Assembly: GCF_964204865.1 (NCBI RefSeq)
Contig: NC_135260.1
Span: forward strand, 20,336,001-20,400,000
DNA length: 64,000 bases
Reading direction: 5' to 3'
DNA from: Styela clava
Taxonomy: Eukaryota
Below, in pieces: positions 1 to 12,768 of the stretch. The translations under genes were made by a program, and so were the position numbers. The stretch's first letter is position 1; each line of letters starts with the position of its first letter. Under the pieces are notes generated by a model. That model was not told the DNA's origin and searched no databases. It saw nothing but the letters and a program-made list of their open reading frames with translations.

Positions 1-1139
1 ATATTATTTTACACACTCCCGATTATTAGATGTTCCTGTAACCTTGATATATATGTGCCGTTATGCTTCATTCCATGCCAGTAGTAAATTTTTGTTAAAT
101 ATTTTGGCAATGTACGCACCTTGTTGAAAATTTGCGATACGCATGTTTTAATATCATGACATGTACGAATAGTTGTAAGTTTTGTATTGTAATTTGTATT
201 GTAGTTCTGTCAGTTTGTTAAAATAAGTTCTGTTCAATTAGCGATACTTACATCAGGAATTTTCATATTGAAATGTGTATCTCTTTGTTTAATATTTTTG
301 GTCTTATTGGGCGTTGACTTATCGAGAAAAGTTGGATGACTTTGAAAGAAGCTTATTGGTTTTGGATGAATTATGTCGTATAATTAACGAGTTATCAATT
401 AACTAGTGATGGGACACACGGTGTCGCTATGGAGTAAGAGCGGATGAATCGAAACCGCAGTTTCTGTTTTGGGAGTTCCCCTAACTTTCGATCGATAAAT
501 TTTGGCTCGATTTTTTTGGTACGTCGCGCAATTCAAAATAAATATGTAAAATATACATATAATAAATACTTAGCGACGATTTGTGAAGATGTCGCTGCGA
601 TCATGACACTCGCTGATAATACCGCCTACTTTGTCAGTTGATAATAATTTTTCCATTGCGCAAAATATTCAATTTGAGGCCGATTCGAGCATTTTAAAGT
701 GTCTTTCCATAATAATTTCGTTCAACATATTTCGCAATTGCGTCGACTTACGTTAAAATAAAAGCACTTCTACTGTAGATATGAAAATACGTGGTGAGCT
801 GCACGAATAAATCCAGCTTTTTGATTCGTATTTTTGCGATCTTGCGAATTTATTAAATTTGAGCTAATATATATTGCAATTCCAATGAGTATGATTTATT
901 AAGTACAATAAATGCAGATATTAATAAATCAAAATATTCGGGAGAAAAGTCGGGTGCGGTCTCGTCGGTATATAACGCCGAAAATTATTTTATTTTGCCC
1001 GGAACTGGAATCGCCGTTATCTATCGTCGTACTTATCTATTTCAGCAAAGTTTAACTTGACAGACTTTGTATGGTGTCATGTTTTTCATTTACTCACCTA
1101 GAGTGATAAGTAAAGTTGTTCAAAAACTGGTGCAACATT

Positions 1140-1760
1140 ATTTTGGCTCTGTTAATTTAGTTTAAAAGGTATTTGATATTTTTATACTCTATCCAACTGT
1201 AGTAAAATTATGCGTGAAATTTAGAAATTAGTAATATATATTACTAAATATTCCAAATCTAATTTGCATATTAACTCCCCAAAGAGGTCAAGTTTATTTT
1301 ATCATTATCTGAAAGGTATTTTTATACTCTATCCAACTGTAGTAAACTTATGTGAAGCAAGTCTTCAGAAAATAGTAATATATACTACTAAATATTGACC
1401 AAAAAAATCCTTTCGAACTTGGCAGAGGAATATTTCAAAGCTAATTTGCCTATTAACTCCCCAAAGAGGTCAAGTTTATTTTATTATTATCTGAAAGGTA
1501 TTTTTATACTCTATCCAACTGTAGTGAACTTATGCGTGGCAAGTCTTTAGAAAATGGTAATATACATTACTAAATATTTACTGAAAATAAATCATTTCAG
1601 ACGTAGCAGAGCGCTAATTTGACATTTCAAAGCTAATTTGCATATTAACTCCCCACAAAGGTCAAGTTTTATTTTTCATTTTCAGTAAGGTATTGTTATG
1701 TTTCGTTCAACTATATTAAACTTATACGTGGCAAGTCTTCAGAAAATAGTAATTTTTGTT
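1140..1760. repeat. Degenerate tandem repeat, ~150-190 bp unit, about 3.5 copies
   Basis: The motifs AAAGGTATTTTTATACTCTATCCAACTGTAGT and CTAATTTGCATATTAACTCCCCAAAGAGGTCAAGTTT recur, with units starting near 1165, 1312, 1495 and 1688. Confidence 0.8.
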
Positions 1761-1836
1761 TGTGAATTTCGAGAGCACGAAATGTAATATTGTTAGTAAA
1801 TCCTCTTTATGTCTTCTATATCATAGCCTACTTGTT

Positions 1837-2184
1837 GCGCGGCGGTGTGGCTCAACGGGCTAAGCGTTAGGAATACGCTCGCCACCGCACCTCTAACTAC
1901 TCTGCGTGGGTTTGCAGGTTCGAATCCCATGCAGGGATGGTTATGTGTGAGAGGATTGCTGGACTCCTCGCCGTCGTTGGGTGGTTCACGTAACCGCTGG
2001 TCGGTTACGGCTTCCTCCCCCACCAAGTCCCTGCTTCCGAAAACAAACAATACAGTAAAACTAATCCCATACCCGACTTGGAATGGTAACCGGACGAGAG
2101 GCCGTGGTTCGCCATATGGATAAGCCGTCTTATCGGCTTTCCTCTCCCCTGGGATAAATATGTAAATCCTGTCCTATCCTATCT
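1837..2184 (+). mobile_element. tRNA-derived SINE, apparently full length
   Basis: A-box-like TGGCTCAACGG and B-box GGTTCGAATCC in the head, GC-rich body, (ATCCT)n-like tail. 3' fragments of the same sequence lie at ~7318-7455, ~28316-28441 and ~57992-58120 (-). Confidence 0.8.
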
Positions 2185-2666
2185 TTTTCATTTACCTAAA
2201 CAAAGTACAGTTTTAAAAATAGTTATTAATGTCAATTTCCATCGGAAATCCAAGTTTTTGCTCGTGGTTATTTACCGTCCTCTAGTGTTTACGCATATTT
2301 TGCGAGTTCTCAGGTCTTCTGTTGGTGCGAAAAGTTACTTTGGCCCACAATTTTATTTTCGAGTTTCAGAGGCTTTCGTTCAGTTCAGATATTTTTGTAA
2401 TGAATAATATGAATTGCTGGATAATACTGAATGATGTTTACGAATATATTTGTTTATTATATGTAACTATGTTCTATGATTATTATTTTTTCATCGTTTA
2501 TTTATTTTTACAAAACTGTTATGAATCCATAGCGTGAAAAAAAAAACAGATATTTTTGTAATGCGAAGTCTTGTTCAAAACTTTGCTTCAGATTAGCTAA
2601 AAAAGGGTAAGAGGTTATCGGGAATACAATAAGGAAATGTGGACACAGTGGCATTTTGTTGTAGGG

Positions 2667-3880
2667 CAGGGTTGTCAAACTCGTGAGTCTTCGTGGGCCG
2701 CATTGCGTTTTGGGAATTGCGCATACAGGCATAGGGCCACAAACAGTTTTTCATTTATTTTGATAATGCATACTTTGAGCATATAGGTTTAGTTTGTAAC
2801 CAATAGTGCGATGCAATTGAACAGCTGAGTGAAGTTTTGTTATTTTCTTAAATTTTGAATGCCATTTAACTTACATATCAATTTTTGCATTTCACTATTA
2901 TTGCAGTATTGCAATTTACTTTATTTATTACAAAAAATCATAAATTTTTATGTACAACTATCCAAAACATTTTTGAATAAAGTTTTGATAAGGAAAGAAT
3001 AATACATACACTAAAATGACCTAATCTAAATATTTTGACCTAAAATTTACAAAAATACTACAGAATAAACTCAATGTTTTACATATGTCCTGACGTTTGG
3101 CATCTCTTTTGTGCCATTACCTTACTAATATCAGGCTGAAATGATTTTACAGTACCAACTCGAGTTCACATGATCATCGGTTAATCTGTATCGTTGAGAA
3201 TGTTTGATTAATTTGAGTAATGCAAAAATATTACGTTCATCATTCAATGTATAGATCAGTAAACAAACAAATGACTGACTTTTCGGACCAGATATTTATC
3301 GCCACATTTCCTACTATTACATGGCATAGGAACACATGAGTTATGATTGATATTGAGTTTTAGTATCTAGGTAGTTGTATAATTATATATAAATACATAA
3401 AAATTTTCTGTTCGAAGTTGATTATTAAATTTGTCCTATTGACTGCTGAGCTTATTCTGATAATGGTTACTTATATAATATTCATTCATTATATGGAAAT
3501 GTGACAAATTAAACAATGTGCTTTAGAATTTTGAGAAATACAGAAATATTGCAACCCCCATTTTTTTCAAAAATGCCACCTTCTTCATGTACTTTGCGTT
3601 TCATTTAAGTTTTTTTTTTCAAGTATTCTTTTGTTAGCTTTAGGTGTATCCATGATTGGGGCAAATTGAAAACAAAAAATCTTTAAATTTTCCAAAACTA
3701 CTTTCAGTAAATTGTCGTTTTCTGTTTGAATAATCAATTTTACTCTGAAAAGTTTTAAAAATGAATTACATTTAGATAAAAACTTACAAAATTTCACAAT
3801 TATTGTTAAGCGTTCGAGGGCCGCATTGAAAGTTCTCTGGGGTCGCATGCGGCCCGCGGGCCGCAAGTTTGACACCCCTG
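2667..3880. mobile_element. Non-autonomous hAT-type element
   Basis: TIR CAGGG(T/G)TGTCAAAC...GTTTGACACCCCTG. A second, inverted copy lies at 48738-49955. TSD is not clear here. Confidence 0.8.
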
Positions 3881-3909
3881 CTCTAGCCCACAATTTTGGT
3901 ACCCTAGCC

Positions 3910-4218
3910 CAGGGCTACTCAACTGGCGGACCGCGGTCCGAAATCGGACCTTTCGGGTATTCGATTCGGACCGCGACTAATTCTTTATTTTGGATTATTA
4001 GCCCCACTTTTGAAGTTTCCTTTTATAAAATCACTTTTATAGGTTTAAATATATATATGAAAAGAACTCTAACGCCATAATAAACAATCTTATATAGCTA
4101 ATAATCATTAGTCTGTCTAGGAAGTGCGTGTTTAAATATAATTTCTGGAAAGTCCGGACCCAAATAGTTTTGAAGTTTTGTATGCGGATCTTCGGATAAA
4201 AATAGTTGAGTAGCCCTG
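3910..4218. mobile_element. hAT MITE
   Basis: TIR CAGGGCTACTCAACT/AGTTGAGTAGCCCTG with a perfect 8-bp TSD CCCTAGCC. Confidence 0.9.
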
Positions 4219-4765
4219 CCCTAGCCCACAATTTCGATTACCCTAGCCCACATTCTGGTTATGCCAACCGACATTTCTGTTTAGCGGTCGTCACATTTGA
4301 TTGTGTGGATTGGTTTGGATGTAAAAGAACATGTTATTATTCCCGTAGCTAAATTTCTTAGGTTCCCTTGCTTAAAATCCGGTAATCACTGTAAATATAT
4401 GTATGATTAACCCTCTGATCACCATGCGATTGTGGGCTGGCAAATTGTGGGCTAGAGTAACCCGTATTTAGGTCTACCTACCATTGAATAATAGTGCTGT
4501 AGTCCATTGCAGTATTACAAAGATTTAGTCCATATGAGTAAAAGTGTAAGTGTAATCGATTTTATGAGAAGTAATAGAATAAATATGTACCGTTATAACG
4601 GCTCAGCACCATACGATGGTCAATGGCGATGTGCTCGTTAGGGTGATTTGAATAAATAGATCGTACAGGCACTTTATTTTTGATGACGAGGTTCTGACTG
4701 AGTTCCTTTCAAAGTTCAAAATGATTGTCCAGAGATGTTTATTGTCAGATTGTTGAGTCAAAAGT

Positions 4766-4828
4766 TGGTGAAATAGTAGTCAAATAATGGTGAAATAGTA
4801 GTCAAATAATGGTGAAATAGTTGTCAAA
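4766..4828. repeat. 21-bp minisatellite, 3 copies
   Basis: TGGTGAAATAGTAGTCAAATAA-type unit repeated three times. Confidence 0.8.
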
Positions 4829-5872
4829 CAGTAATCCGGTAAAATACAGTGCTATTACACAGAAGGGACCAATAATAACTATACTGAACAGGAAAATAGA
4901 CTTATATTATGTAAATTTAAACTACGCCTAATTACTAATACCGAAAGCCCCCCGATTGAGTAAGATACAAATTGATACGTCCTACCTCCAAGCGGCTCAC
5001 GCCGAAAGAGATCCCACCAATGCCAAAATGGTCAGGGTTCAATGCCCTAAGTTACCGTTGCCAGTTTAGTTACAATAAGAACAGTCACTGTTTAGAATCA
5101 TGGCCCCTACAACCGTACCGGTACCCGTACTGTATGACAGTATGATGTCAAAATGCTGAAATGGGCAAACATTCTGACATTATTGACATATGACATATAT
5201 GACAAACTTGTAAAAAAAATCGCATTGGGAAATGATAATTATCCGTAATTCAAATCTTGTAACCTGCAATAGTATTCACAATTGTATATTGTATTCCTTA
5301 TAAAAATTTGGGAAATTAGATTCAATTATATGTTACTATGGAAGATTTTGCCCTTGAAAACAAAACCAGAGATGAAAAGAGTAGCAGGGATGAAATATTT
5401 TTATTATGCAATAGAGAACCTGAGTTTGTGTCACATATTTTCATGTCTTGTGAATTCACAACATGGGTGATATTTGAGTCCAGTGCATCTTTTTGAAATG
5501 AAGTAACTGTACCAAACAATCGAAACACATTTTGTTACGAATCATCACAAAAAATGTCAATTATATCAAAATTTCTACATTTCAGGCCATTTTGCAGTTT
5601 GTGTAAACGATCAAAAACCTGGGTGAAATTTTAACGTTTTCAATGAAATGAATGCAGTCCGATAAAATTCAAGTGTCTTTTGATATAGAAAATACAAAAC
5701 AATTACTTTTACTGCACTTTTTAAAAAATTCATGAAATTCAACATTTGCTTGAAATGGCCCACAAAAAGACTTCGTTAGTCGTTACTCATTCAATTTTGT
5801 GTATACAGCAGGTATAGCAGTACATTGTGTTATAAACCGGTAGTGTGCATGATACAGTGATAATACGCTAAT

Positions 5873-7171
5873 ATGGCAGTTGCAATGACAGCCTCTGATG
5901 AGAAGGGTATTAACAAGGACATGGTACAGGATTTCAAAGTCTCAAAGGAAAATGAACTGCGATTTGAAGTTGAAGCAAAAGAAAGAGTTAAGCTTGAGCT
6001 TATGGATGGAATTGCTGAAATCTTTGGTACTGAACTTGTAAGAACCAGGTCATATATATTTGAATCATCGTCCAAAATTGCTGTTTTCACCTGGTTCGGA
6101 TGTTCTATAAGATTGACAGGCAAACTTGAAGCTGCATATGTTTCAAAAGAGACTCCGATGACGATTTATCTTAACACCCATGCAGCTGTTGAGTTAATGA
6201 GAAGGAAATCTCAAGCTGAAGAATTGAGAGGGCCGCGAGTGTTGGTTGTTGGCCCTCAAGATGTGGGCAAGAGCACATTCTGTAAACTGTTATTAAATTA
6301 CGCCACACGCATGGGAAGAAAACCAACTTTAATCGATTTGGATGTAGGTCAGGGTGGAATATCTATCCCAGGCACCATAGCTGCTCTTACGGTTGAAAGA
6401 CCATCTGACCCTGTTGATGGTTTTGATACCAAGGTACCACTTGTTTATCATTTCGGACACACATCACCAAATGGGAATTTAAAACTCTATGAAGTGTTGA
6501 TTTCAAGAATTGCAGATGTGTTTAATGCAAAAAGTGAATGTAATTTAAATGTAAGAGCAAGTGGATGTGTAATTAACTCGTGTGGATGGATCAAAGGACA
6601 AGGCTATAACTGTATATTGCATGCGGCTCAGTCTTTTGAGGCTGATGTTGTATTAGTTCTTGATAATGAAAGACTTCACAATGATCTTAAGCGAGACTTA
6701 CCAGAATTCGTTAATATAGTTCTTTTGCCAAAATCTCCTGGTGTTGTAGAACGATCTCGCGAATTGCGTAGAGATCACAGGGAAGAACGAATCAAAGAAT
6801 ATTTTTATGGACCCAATAAAATATATTTCCCTCATGCGTTTGATGTGAAATTCTCTGAAATCTCAATTTTCAAAATTGGTGCTCCTGCTTTGCCAGACTC
6901 TTGTTTGCCATTGGGAATGGAGGAAGACGATACACAAACCAAACTTGTACCAGTGAGACCACAAAGAGATTTAGTTCATCACATATTGAGTCTAAGCATG
7001 GCTGAATCCTTGGAGGAAAATCTTGTTGAAACAAATGTTGCCGGTTTTGTTGTTGTAACTGGTGTTGATCCAGAGACTGAGACACTGAGTGTGTTAGCTC
7101 CAGCTCCATATCCTTTACCGCGAAGACATTTTCTTATCATGGATATTAGATTTATTGATATAAACAAGTAA
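5873..7171 (+). CDS. CLP1: Polyribonucleotide 5'-hydroxyl kinase Clp1 (mRNA cleavage factor II / tRNA splicing), intronless CDS
   Basis: 432-aa ORF with N-terminal ELRFEVE and AEIFGTEL, P-loop [22 protein letters not shown] and C-terminal NVAGF...LAPAPYPLP motifs typical of Clp1. Confidence 0.96.
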   Translation: MAVAMTASDEKGINKDMVQDFKVSKENELRFEVEAKERVKLELMDGIAEIFGTELVRTRSYIFESSSKIAVFTWFGCSIRLTGKLEAAYVSKETPMTIYLNTHAAVELMRRKSQAEELRGPRVLVVGPQDVGKSTFCKLLLNYATRMGRKPTLIDLDVGQGGISIPGTIAALTVERPSDPVDGFDTKVPLVYHFGHTSPNGNLKLYEVLISRIADVFNAKSECNLNVRASGCVINSCGWIKGQGYNCILHAAQSFEADVVLVLDNERLHNDLKRDLPEFVNIVLLPKSPGVVERSRELRRDHREERIKEYFYGPNKIYFPHAFDVKFSEISIFKIGAPALPDSCLPLGMEEDDTQTKLVPVRPQRDLVHHILSLSMAESLEENLVETNVAGFVVVTGVDPETETLSVLAPAPYPLPRRHFLIMDIRFIDINK

Positions 7172-7317
7172 CATTCTAAATTTAACTAATCTAAAACACC
7201 TTGGCTAGTTGTGTTCTGGCCTCAGGTGTTGGAATTTTAGTTGGATAACTACCAGTATGTGAGTATATGAGTGAAGATTACTCATCTATGTCTATTCTCT
7301 GAACTCAAGTTCATGCT

Positions 7318-7455
7318 ACCGAAAACAAATAACTAACTAAATCCCATACCCTACATGGAATGGTAACCGGACGAGAGGCCGTGGTTCGCTATATGGTTAA
7401 GCCATCTTATCGACTTTCCTCTCCCCCGGGAGAAAATAGATAAATCCTAACCGAA
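7318..7455 (+). mobile_element. 5'-truncated copy of the SINE at 1837-2184
   Basis: Close match to 2038-2170 (ATCCCATACCC...GGTAACCGGACGAGAGGCCGTGGTTCGC...TTTCCTCTCCCC). Confidence 0.8.
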
Positions 7456-8437
7456 CCATAAACAAGAGGCCTTTGTTTGCCACATGATTGAGCTTCCCCA
7501 TTGACGTGTGGATTCCTGTGGAATATATATGAAAGTCCCATCCAATATAGACTACTGCTACTGGTAGTTGACATCATATGTAATGACATTATATATGACA
7601 ACGCCTAAATTGAATAAAAGAATACACTCAGTCATTTGCAATATTATGAACTTCCCTGCATTCTGCAAATAAACTTGGCGTCATACTCAGTAAACTGGGG
7701 TTTTTTTAAACATGTTGGAATCATTGGTGCTGTAGCAAACAATACAGGTTTCACAAATGTTTTTATTGCCCATTGAATTGCAGTAATAAATAATGGCCTC
7801 TGGATTTCATCATCATGATGAAACACATTTAAATAGACTTGATGTATCTGGGAAAAATATTCTAGAACCTTGTTTTTCTTTAGGTTGTAACTCTGTAAAG
7901 GTTACATTTGTTTCATTTTCTATTCACATGGTTTTGTTGATAGCTGTTTCTTCACGTGGCCTTTGTGTGACTTTTTAATGTCTTCCTTGAAAGCCGAATT
8001 ATTGTGATACTGAATTTTTCATCCATTTTTCAAGATAAGATTCTATTTCTATGACAATGAAAGCCTTTTCAGAAAGTTTTAATTGAATGTATGTGGTAAT
8101 TGATTTGACTGAGAGTTTCAGTTTATTAGTGAAGCCTGTTTTCAGTAATGTTGTTAAGTGACTGCTTTGATCGAATTTTGCAGTTGTATCAAAAGGTTTC
8201 AATACAGGTTATTATTGATGTTGTTATCAATCGCTCAATTCATAAAATATTTTAAAAACTTTTGAATATTTTTTATCATATGACTTGAATATGGGTATTG
8301 TAACAACAGTAGTATAGGACCATTACTTTGGTGTTTGTGAATGTTCAAAACAAGTATTTCTATCTTCACAATGCTTTGTTGTTTTATTTGTTTGCAGATT
8401 TAATAAAAAGTAATATTAAATTAGCCCTGTCTCTAAA

Positions 8438-9592
8438 ATGTATAAAGAATCTGGTCCATCTAACTTTGCAATAAATATCTTCAGTATGCAAGGACATAAA
8501 GTACTAGTTGATGTTCAAACAGACATGTCCATCGAATCTGTGAAAAATGAAGCTGTCAAAAAACTTTCAAATATGCGGGGCAGTGGATTTGATAACACTG
8601 CAGAATACACACTAGTATGTGCAGTGGGACAATGTAGACGTTTGTTCAACAAAAACACCATAAAATCTGAGAATTTGACTGCCGCTGATATTCTTCTGTT
8701 ATACAATGTTCAAGAACAAAGTAGTAAAGATCCAGGAGTCCCAACCAGATCTATTCCAACAATGCCAGGAATAAAGAAGGCAACAGAAGGTTTAGTAGCT
8801 CGAGGGAAATCAGTCGGCGAAGCTGCGTCATCTGCTAATTCTGCTACAGGCACACTTGAGCAAACTTTTCGTAAGATATTGCTCACTTTGCTTGACCTTT
8901 CTTACAAACTGATGTTTTTTGATGAAGAAGCTGATGGATTGTTTTGTTCTAAAAGTAAAACATTGAATCTGGTGGATCCTAGTCTCATTTCTTCACTGAC
9001 TGCGATGGGATTTTCTGAAGCAATGGCCTGCAAAGCTTTAAGAGTGAATCAAATGGATATGGAAGCTGCCATGGATTGGCTGTTACACAATCCTGAAAGT
9101 AGAGAGGAAAGTGCGATGGACACCGATACGGAAACGGATGAAAATGAAACCGAGGATAAGGATGATGATAAACATTCCGCAAAACGAGTGAAAAGACGCC
9201 TTGATGCTTGGCGTAAGAAAAATCAGCGTTTACAGCCAAGCAATGAACATATAACAATACTTGTAGGCATGGGGTTTACCAAGGAAGACAGTACTCAGGC
9301 GCTTAAACTTAATGGAAATAATCCAAGTGCTGCATGTGACTGGCTTTTAGGGGATAGGAAGGTTCCAGATGATGACCCAAATGATGGCTTAGCTCCTGAC
9401 AGTGAACTGTATAAAGCAATTGTCAGTAATCCCACAATACATATAGGGTTACACAATAAAAGAGTTTTGGAAGCCTTAGAAGACATGCTTGAAAATCCCT
9501 TGAGGAGACACAATTGGGCAAATGATTCGACTGTAGGTTCTGTAATTCTACAAATATTAAAGCTTTATCATAAATATTCCAATTCTGGTTAG
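8438..9592 (+). CDS. UBAC1: Ubiquitin-associated domain-containing protein 1 (KPC2-like), intronless CDS
   Basis: 384 aa: N-terminal ubiquitin-like region, FRKILLTL helix, two UBA domains (MGFSEAMACKAL...AAMDWLLH and MGFTKED...AACDWLLGDR) and an STI1-like C-terminus (NPTIHIGL...EDMLENP). Acceptor-like TTTGCAG at ~8397 upstream of the ATG. Confidence 0.9.
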   Translation: MYKESGPSNFAINIFSMQGHKVLVDVQTDMSIESVKNEAVKKLSNMRGSGFDNTAEYTLVCAVGQCRRLFNKNTIKSENLTAADILLLYNVQEQSSKDPGVPTRSIPTMPGIKKATEGLVARGKSVGEAASSANSATGTLEQTFRKILLTLLDLSYKLMFFDEEADGLFCSKSKTLNLVDPSLISSLTAMGFSEAMACKALRVNQMDMEAAMDWLLHNPESREESAMDTDTETDENETEDKDDDKHSAKRVKRRLDAWRKKNQRLQPSNEHITILVGMGFTKEDSTQALKLNGNNPSAACDWLLGDRKVPDDDPNDGLAPDSELYKAIVSNPTIHIGLHNKRVLEALEDMLENPLRRHNWANDSTVGSVILQILKLYHKYSNSG

Positions 9593-10476
9593 CATATTAT
9601 GACATGAACTTCTCTTGAATATTTTGCTGATATTGAAAATGTCCGAATTTGCTCTTATATTTCTGTATTGACGCTGAGAAAATATAAAATTTTGTTTTAT
9701 TAATAAATTTAAACCACACAATGCTTCAAATTTAGCTCCCTGTTTAATGGCTTTGGAGTGTATTAGCCAATTATTTTTGTATATCCTTCCCTTGCCATAA
9801 GTCATATTTTTGAACTGAGATTATACCTTAGAGTTGTTTTATAACTGATTTTTATACCATGGAGAGGAAATCCGATTACATTGTCAGTGTCAAACCAAAT
9901 GGCAAGCCCACGACCTCTCGTCCGATTATCAGTTCATGTTAACGGTATTCATTCGTTTCAGACTTATACTTGCGGTGTCAAGCGTGTTTCTAATGCTCAG
10001 CACGATGCGTCATACCGCTGAGTATTTGCTCGGACCACAGGTAAGTAATATTAAAATACCTTGTGTTCTCTTCATATTGTTAGGTCATAGTCTTAAGGAA
10101 ATCACACACTATCATTCTGTAGCTTCTTACATTCTAGAGGTTGCGTGTGGGTGGCCGTTATTTAATGGTTTTCTATGGCCTTGCGCGACTTTGGGGCTGC
10201 ATGCAACCTTGATCGAAGCGACTTCTATTAATAAAAAGTTGGAGTGCGGAAGAGACTTGTGTATGATTCTTTTCTCATTTTCAATCTGCCGTTGTTAAAT
10301 ACCCCCCCAAAATAAACTTCAGACACTCGTGCTTATTTTTGGCTCTAGGTCGATGGCAACCCTGCCTATAATCGATCGAGTCCATTCACTAAATCAGTCG
10401 ATGAAACTTGAAGGTGGTGCGTCTCTGTCCCATTGTATAAGTTTCACGTTATGAGATAACGAGAGTCTGTTACCCC

Positions 10477-11503
10477 TAGGGATGGGACGAGTCCGGCATT
10501 ACAGAGATTCGACGAATCCGAGTAATAGGTCAAGGACTCGAATCGAATCTGCCGAGTTCGTGACGTCATAATGGAAAAGCAGAAAAACGTGTTTTTGACC
10601 ATGCTACAGCATCATGCTCTCACAAACATACGTCGTAGCTCATATTTTTTGCCTAATGGTCCCGCATACAGCTGTTGAATCATTTTAAATATATATTTTT
10701 TCTCTTTTCTGGCGGCCATAATACAAACGTAAACGTGGGTCAATGTGCGCCTTGGCTGTGAACTGGATTTCCAGCCCACCTTGCGTCAATTCTGGGCGGC
10801 TATTCAGAAATTCTTACATGTCAATATGAAAAATAAAAAGCTTTCGACTACAATACTTTCCCATAATTCCAGATATTTCTAGCCGTAAATTTACTATGTC
10901 GTGTGCGCAATTGGTAGAGAAATGCCACTCGTCGTCAATACAATGTGGTACATCTGCTTGCAATTTAGTAGTTCATATAAACGTTCTGAAACTCTCCATG
11001 ATTTCCATTGCCTTTTTAGCGAAAGGATTGCACGCAATAAACTTGATTTAATTAAAAGAGGTATTGATGAGATTCCACAGTGGGTTGATCTAGGGCATGT
11101 TTTATTTTTACGTGAATCAAAAATATTGCAATAACACATATTTTATTGTGTACCACATGCATACCAAAAAGGATAGATAGTTTGAAGGCGACTGGCGCAA
11201 CATCATTGTTATAAGCGACCAATAGTTTTTAACTTGCGTTATATTATCCGGATATCTGTCGTCGTTTTATTAGGAGTGTTTATAATGCACACGAGGGATA
11301 TTGTTACAGATCCAACCTTGAATTTTAACTAGTTAAGGTATGTAGTGGGATTTATAGAGGCAAAAGAACAAACATAGGCGTAAATTAGTAAAAACAGAAT
11401 TGATTATAGACTCGGTAAAAATGACGTGGCCTCGAAATCGAATCCGAGTCCAAAAATGCCTGGATTCGACTCGAATCCGGATCCGAATCCCGGCCCACCC
11501 CTA
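10477..11503. mobile_element. Non-autonomous DNA element with TAGGGATGGG-type TIRs (hAT/Ac-like)
   Basis: TAGGGATGGGACG...CGGCCCACCCCTA termini and subterminal GAATCCG/GACTCG repeats. No clear TSD. Confidence 0.6.
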
Positions 11504-12279
11504 GTAATTTCAATGCGAATATACGGTGCACAAACAATTAGGATGAAATCGTAATTGGCGGTTACAGACAGGAGATAATAAAAAAGATTTTAAGCGCGTT
11601 GAAACTCGTGTCACTGAATTTCAATATTGATACTCGTTGATGATTACTCCCTTATATTATAACAGTGTTTCTCAACCTGGGTCTAATGAACCCCCGGGGT
11701 TCGACAAAAGCACTGTGAACTTTTGTATTATGAAGTATTTCTATTTTCGAGCCAATTAAATATGTAAAAATAACTATTATTTGAGGCAGATATTCAAATT
11801 TCAACATTCAGACAATTCATATAATAGCTTATTTATGTGTAGTATTGCGTAGATAAATGTTTTATAGGACCTGTCAATGAGAAACGTCACGCGCTTTTTT
11901 AGATGCTTTCTGACCTCAAAGTGTCTAAGGTTGTTATTACTAACCTCGGGGTTTTGAACCTGAATATTTGCTTAAACGCCATGTTATTTATAACCTACTA
12001 ATAAAACTAGCGGACCTTGAATATTGTGTATTGAACTGCAGGTCCTTTCTCCTTGTTTACTTTCTACTTCGGATCCGTATGTGGTATTTGCCACAAGGAT
12101 GCTTGAATGAGATAGTATTAAAGTGACAAGTGAAAATAACATGATCTCTTTCAACGAAATAGTAAGTTTATTTGTGAGCTTTCGTCAGATCGTGGTCTAA
12201 CTTCTTCAAACATTACAAGATATGACTTAATCAAACAGCAATAATGATGACAGCAATTATTGTAGTTTGATTAAGTCAT

Positions 12280-12768
12280 GGACCTTTCCCCGACCTTTGA
12301 CCCCCGAAAAAAATTCTTCCTATACTTTACCATTGCAAAATTTTCGGGGCTATTTTAAGAGCGCTTTTGCGAGTTGGCGCCTGTAAAACGGGGTATGTGT
12401 TTCAAACCATCATTATGATTCATCGCACACAACAATCTGTTTTTTAAAAGTACCGGTAAAGAATTTTAGCCTAGTCTATCACAGCTATTTCTACACTAAT
12501 TTTTTATTACTGCAATTCAATTTAAATTCATAGGAAGACAGAGTGATCATTGACTTATCTGAAGTTTCCGAAACACAACAGAAAACTAACGAATAGAGTT
12601 TAAAAACGCGAAAACGAGGTAATGTTTACGACCACGTTTGAAAATCTGTCTGAGTGAGAAAAGTGTCTGAGCGGATGCAAGTGGAGCATTGTTACGTCAC
12701 TTTTCGCATCTTGCTGATCGGCCAATGTCACGAAGTAAACAAGAAAGTCGATGCTCGGGAAAAGGTCC
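12280..12768. mobile_element. TIR element flanked by AT dinucleotides (ISL2EU/PIF-Harbinger-related MITE, tentative)
   Basis: TIR GGACCTTT(T/C)CCCGA. A highly similar inverted copy lies at 40951-41448. Both are flanked by AT. Confidence 0.7.

Noticed and set aside
1837-1935. Genuine tRNA gene
   Set aside because: A and B boxes are present, but the spacing is long and the sequence continues into a dispersed repeat body and tail, so it is a SINE head.
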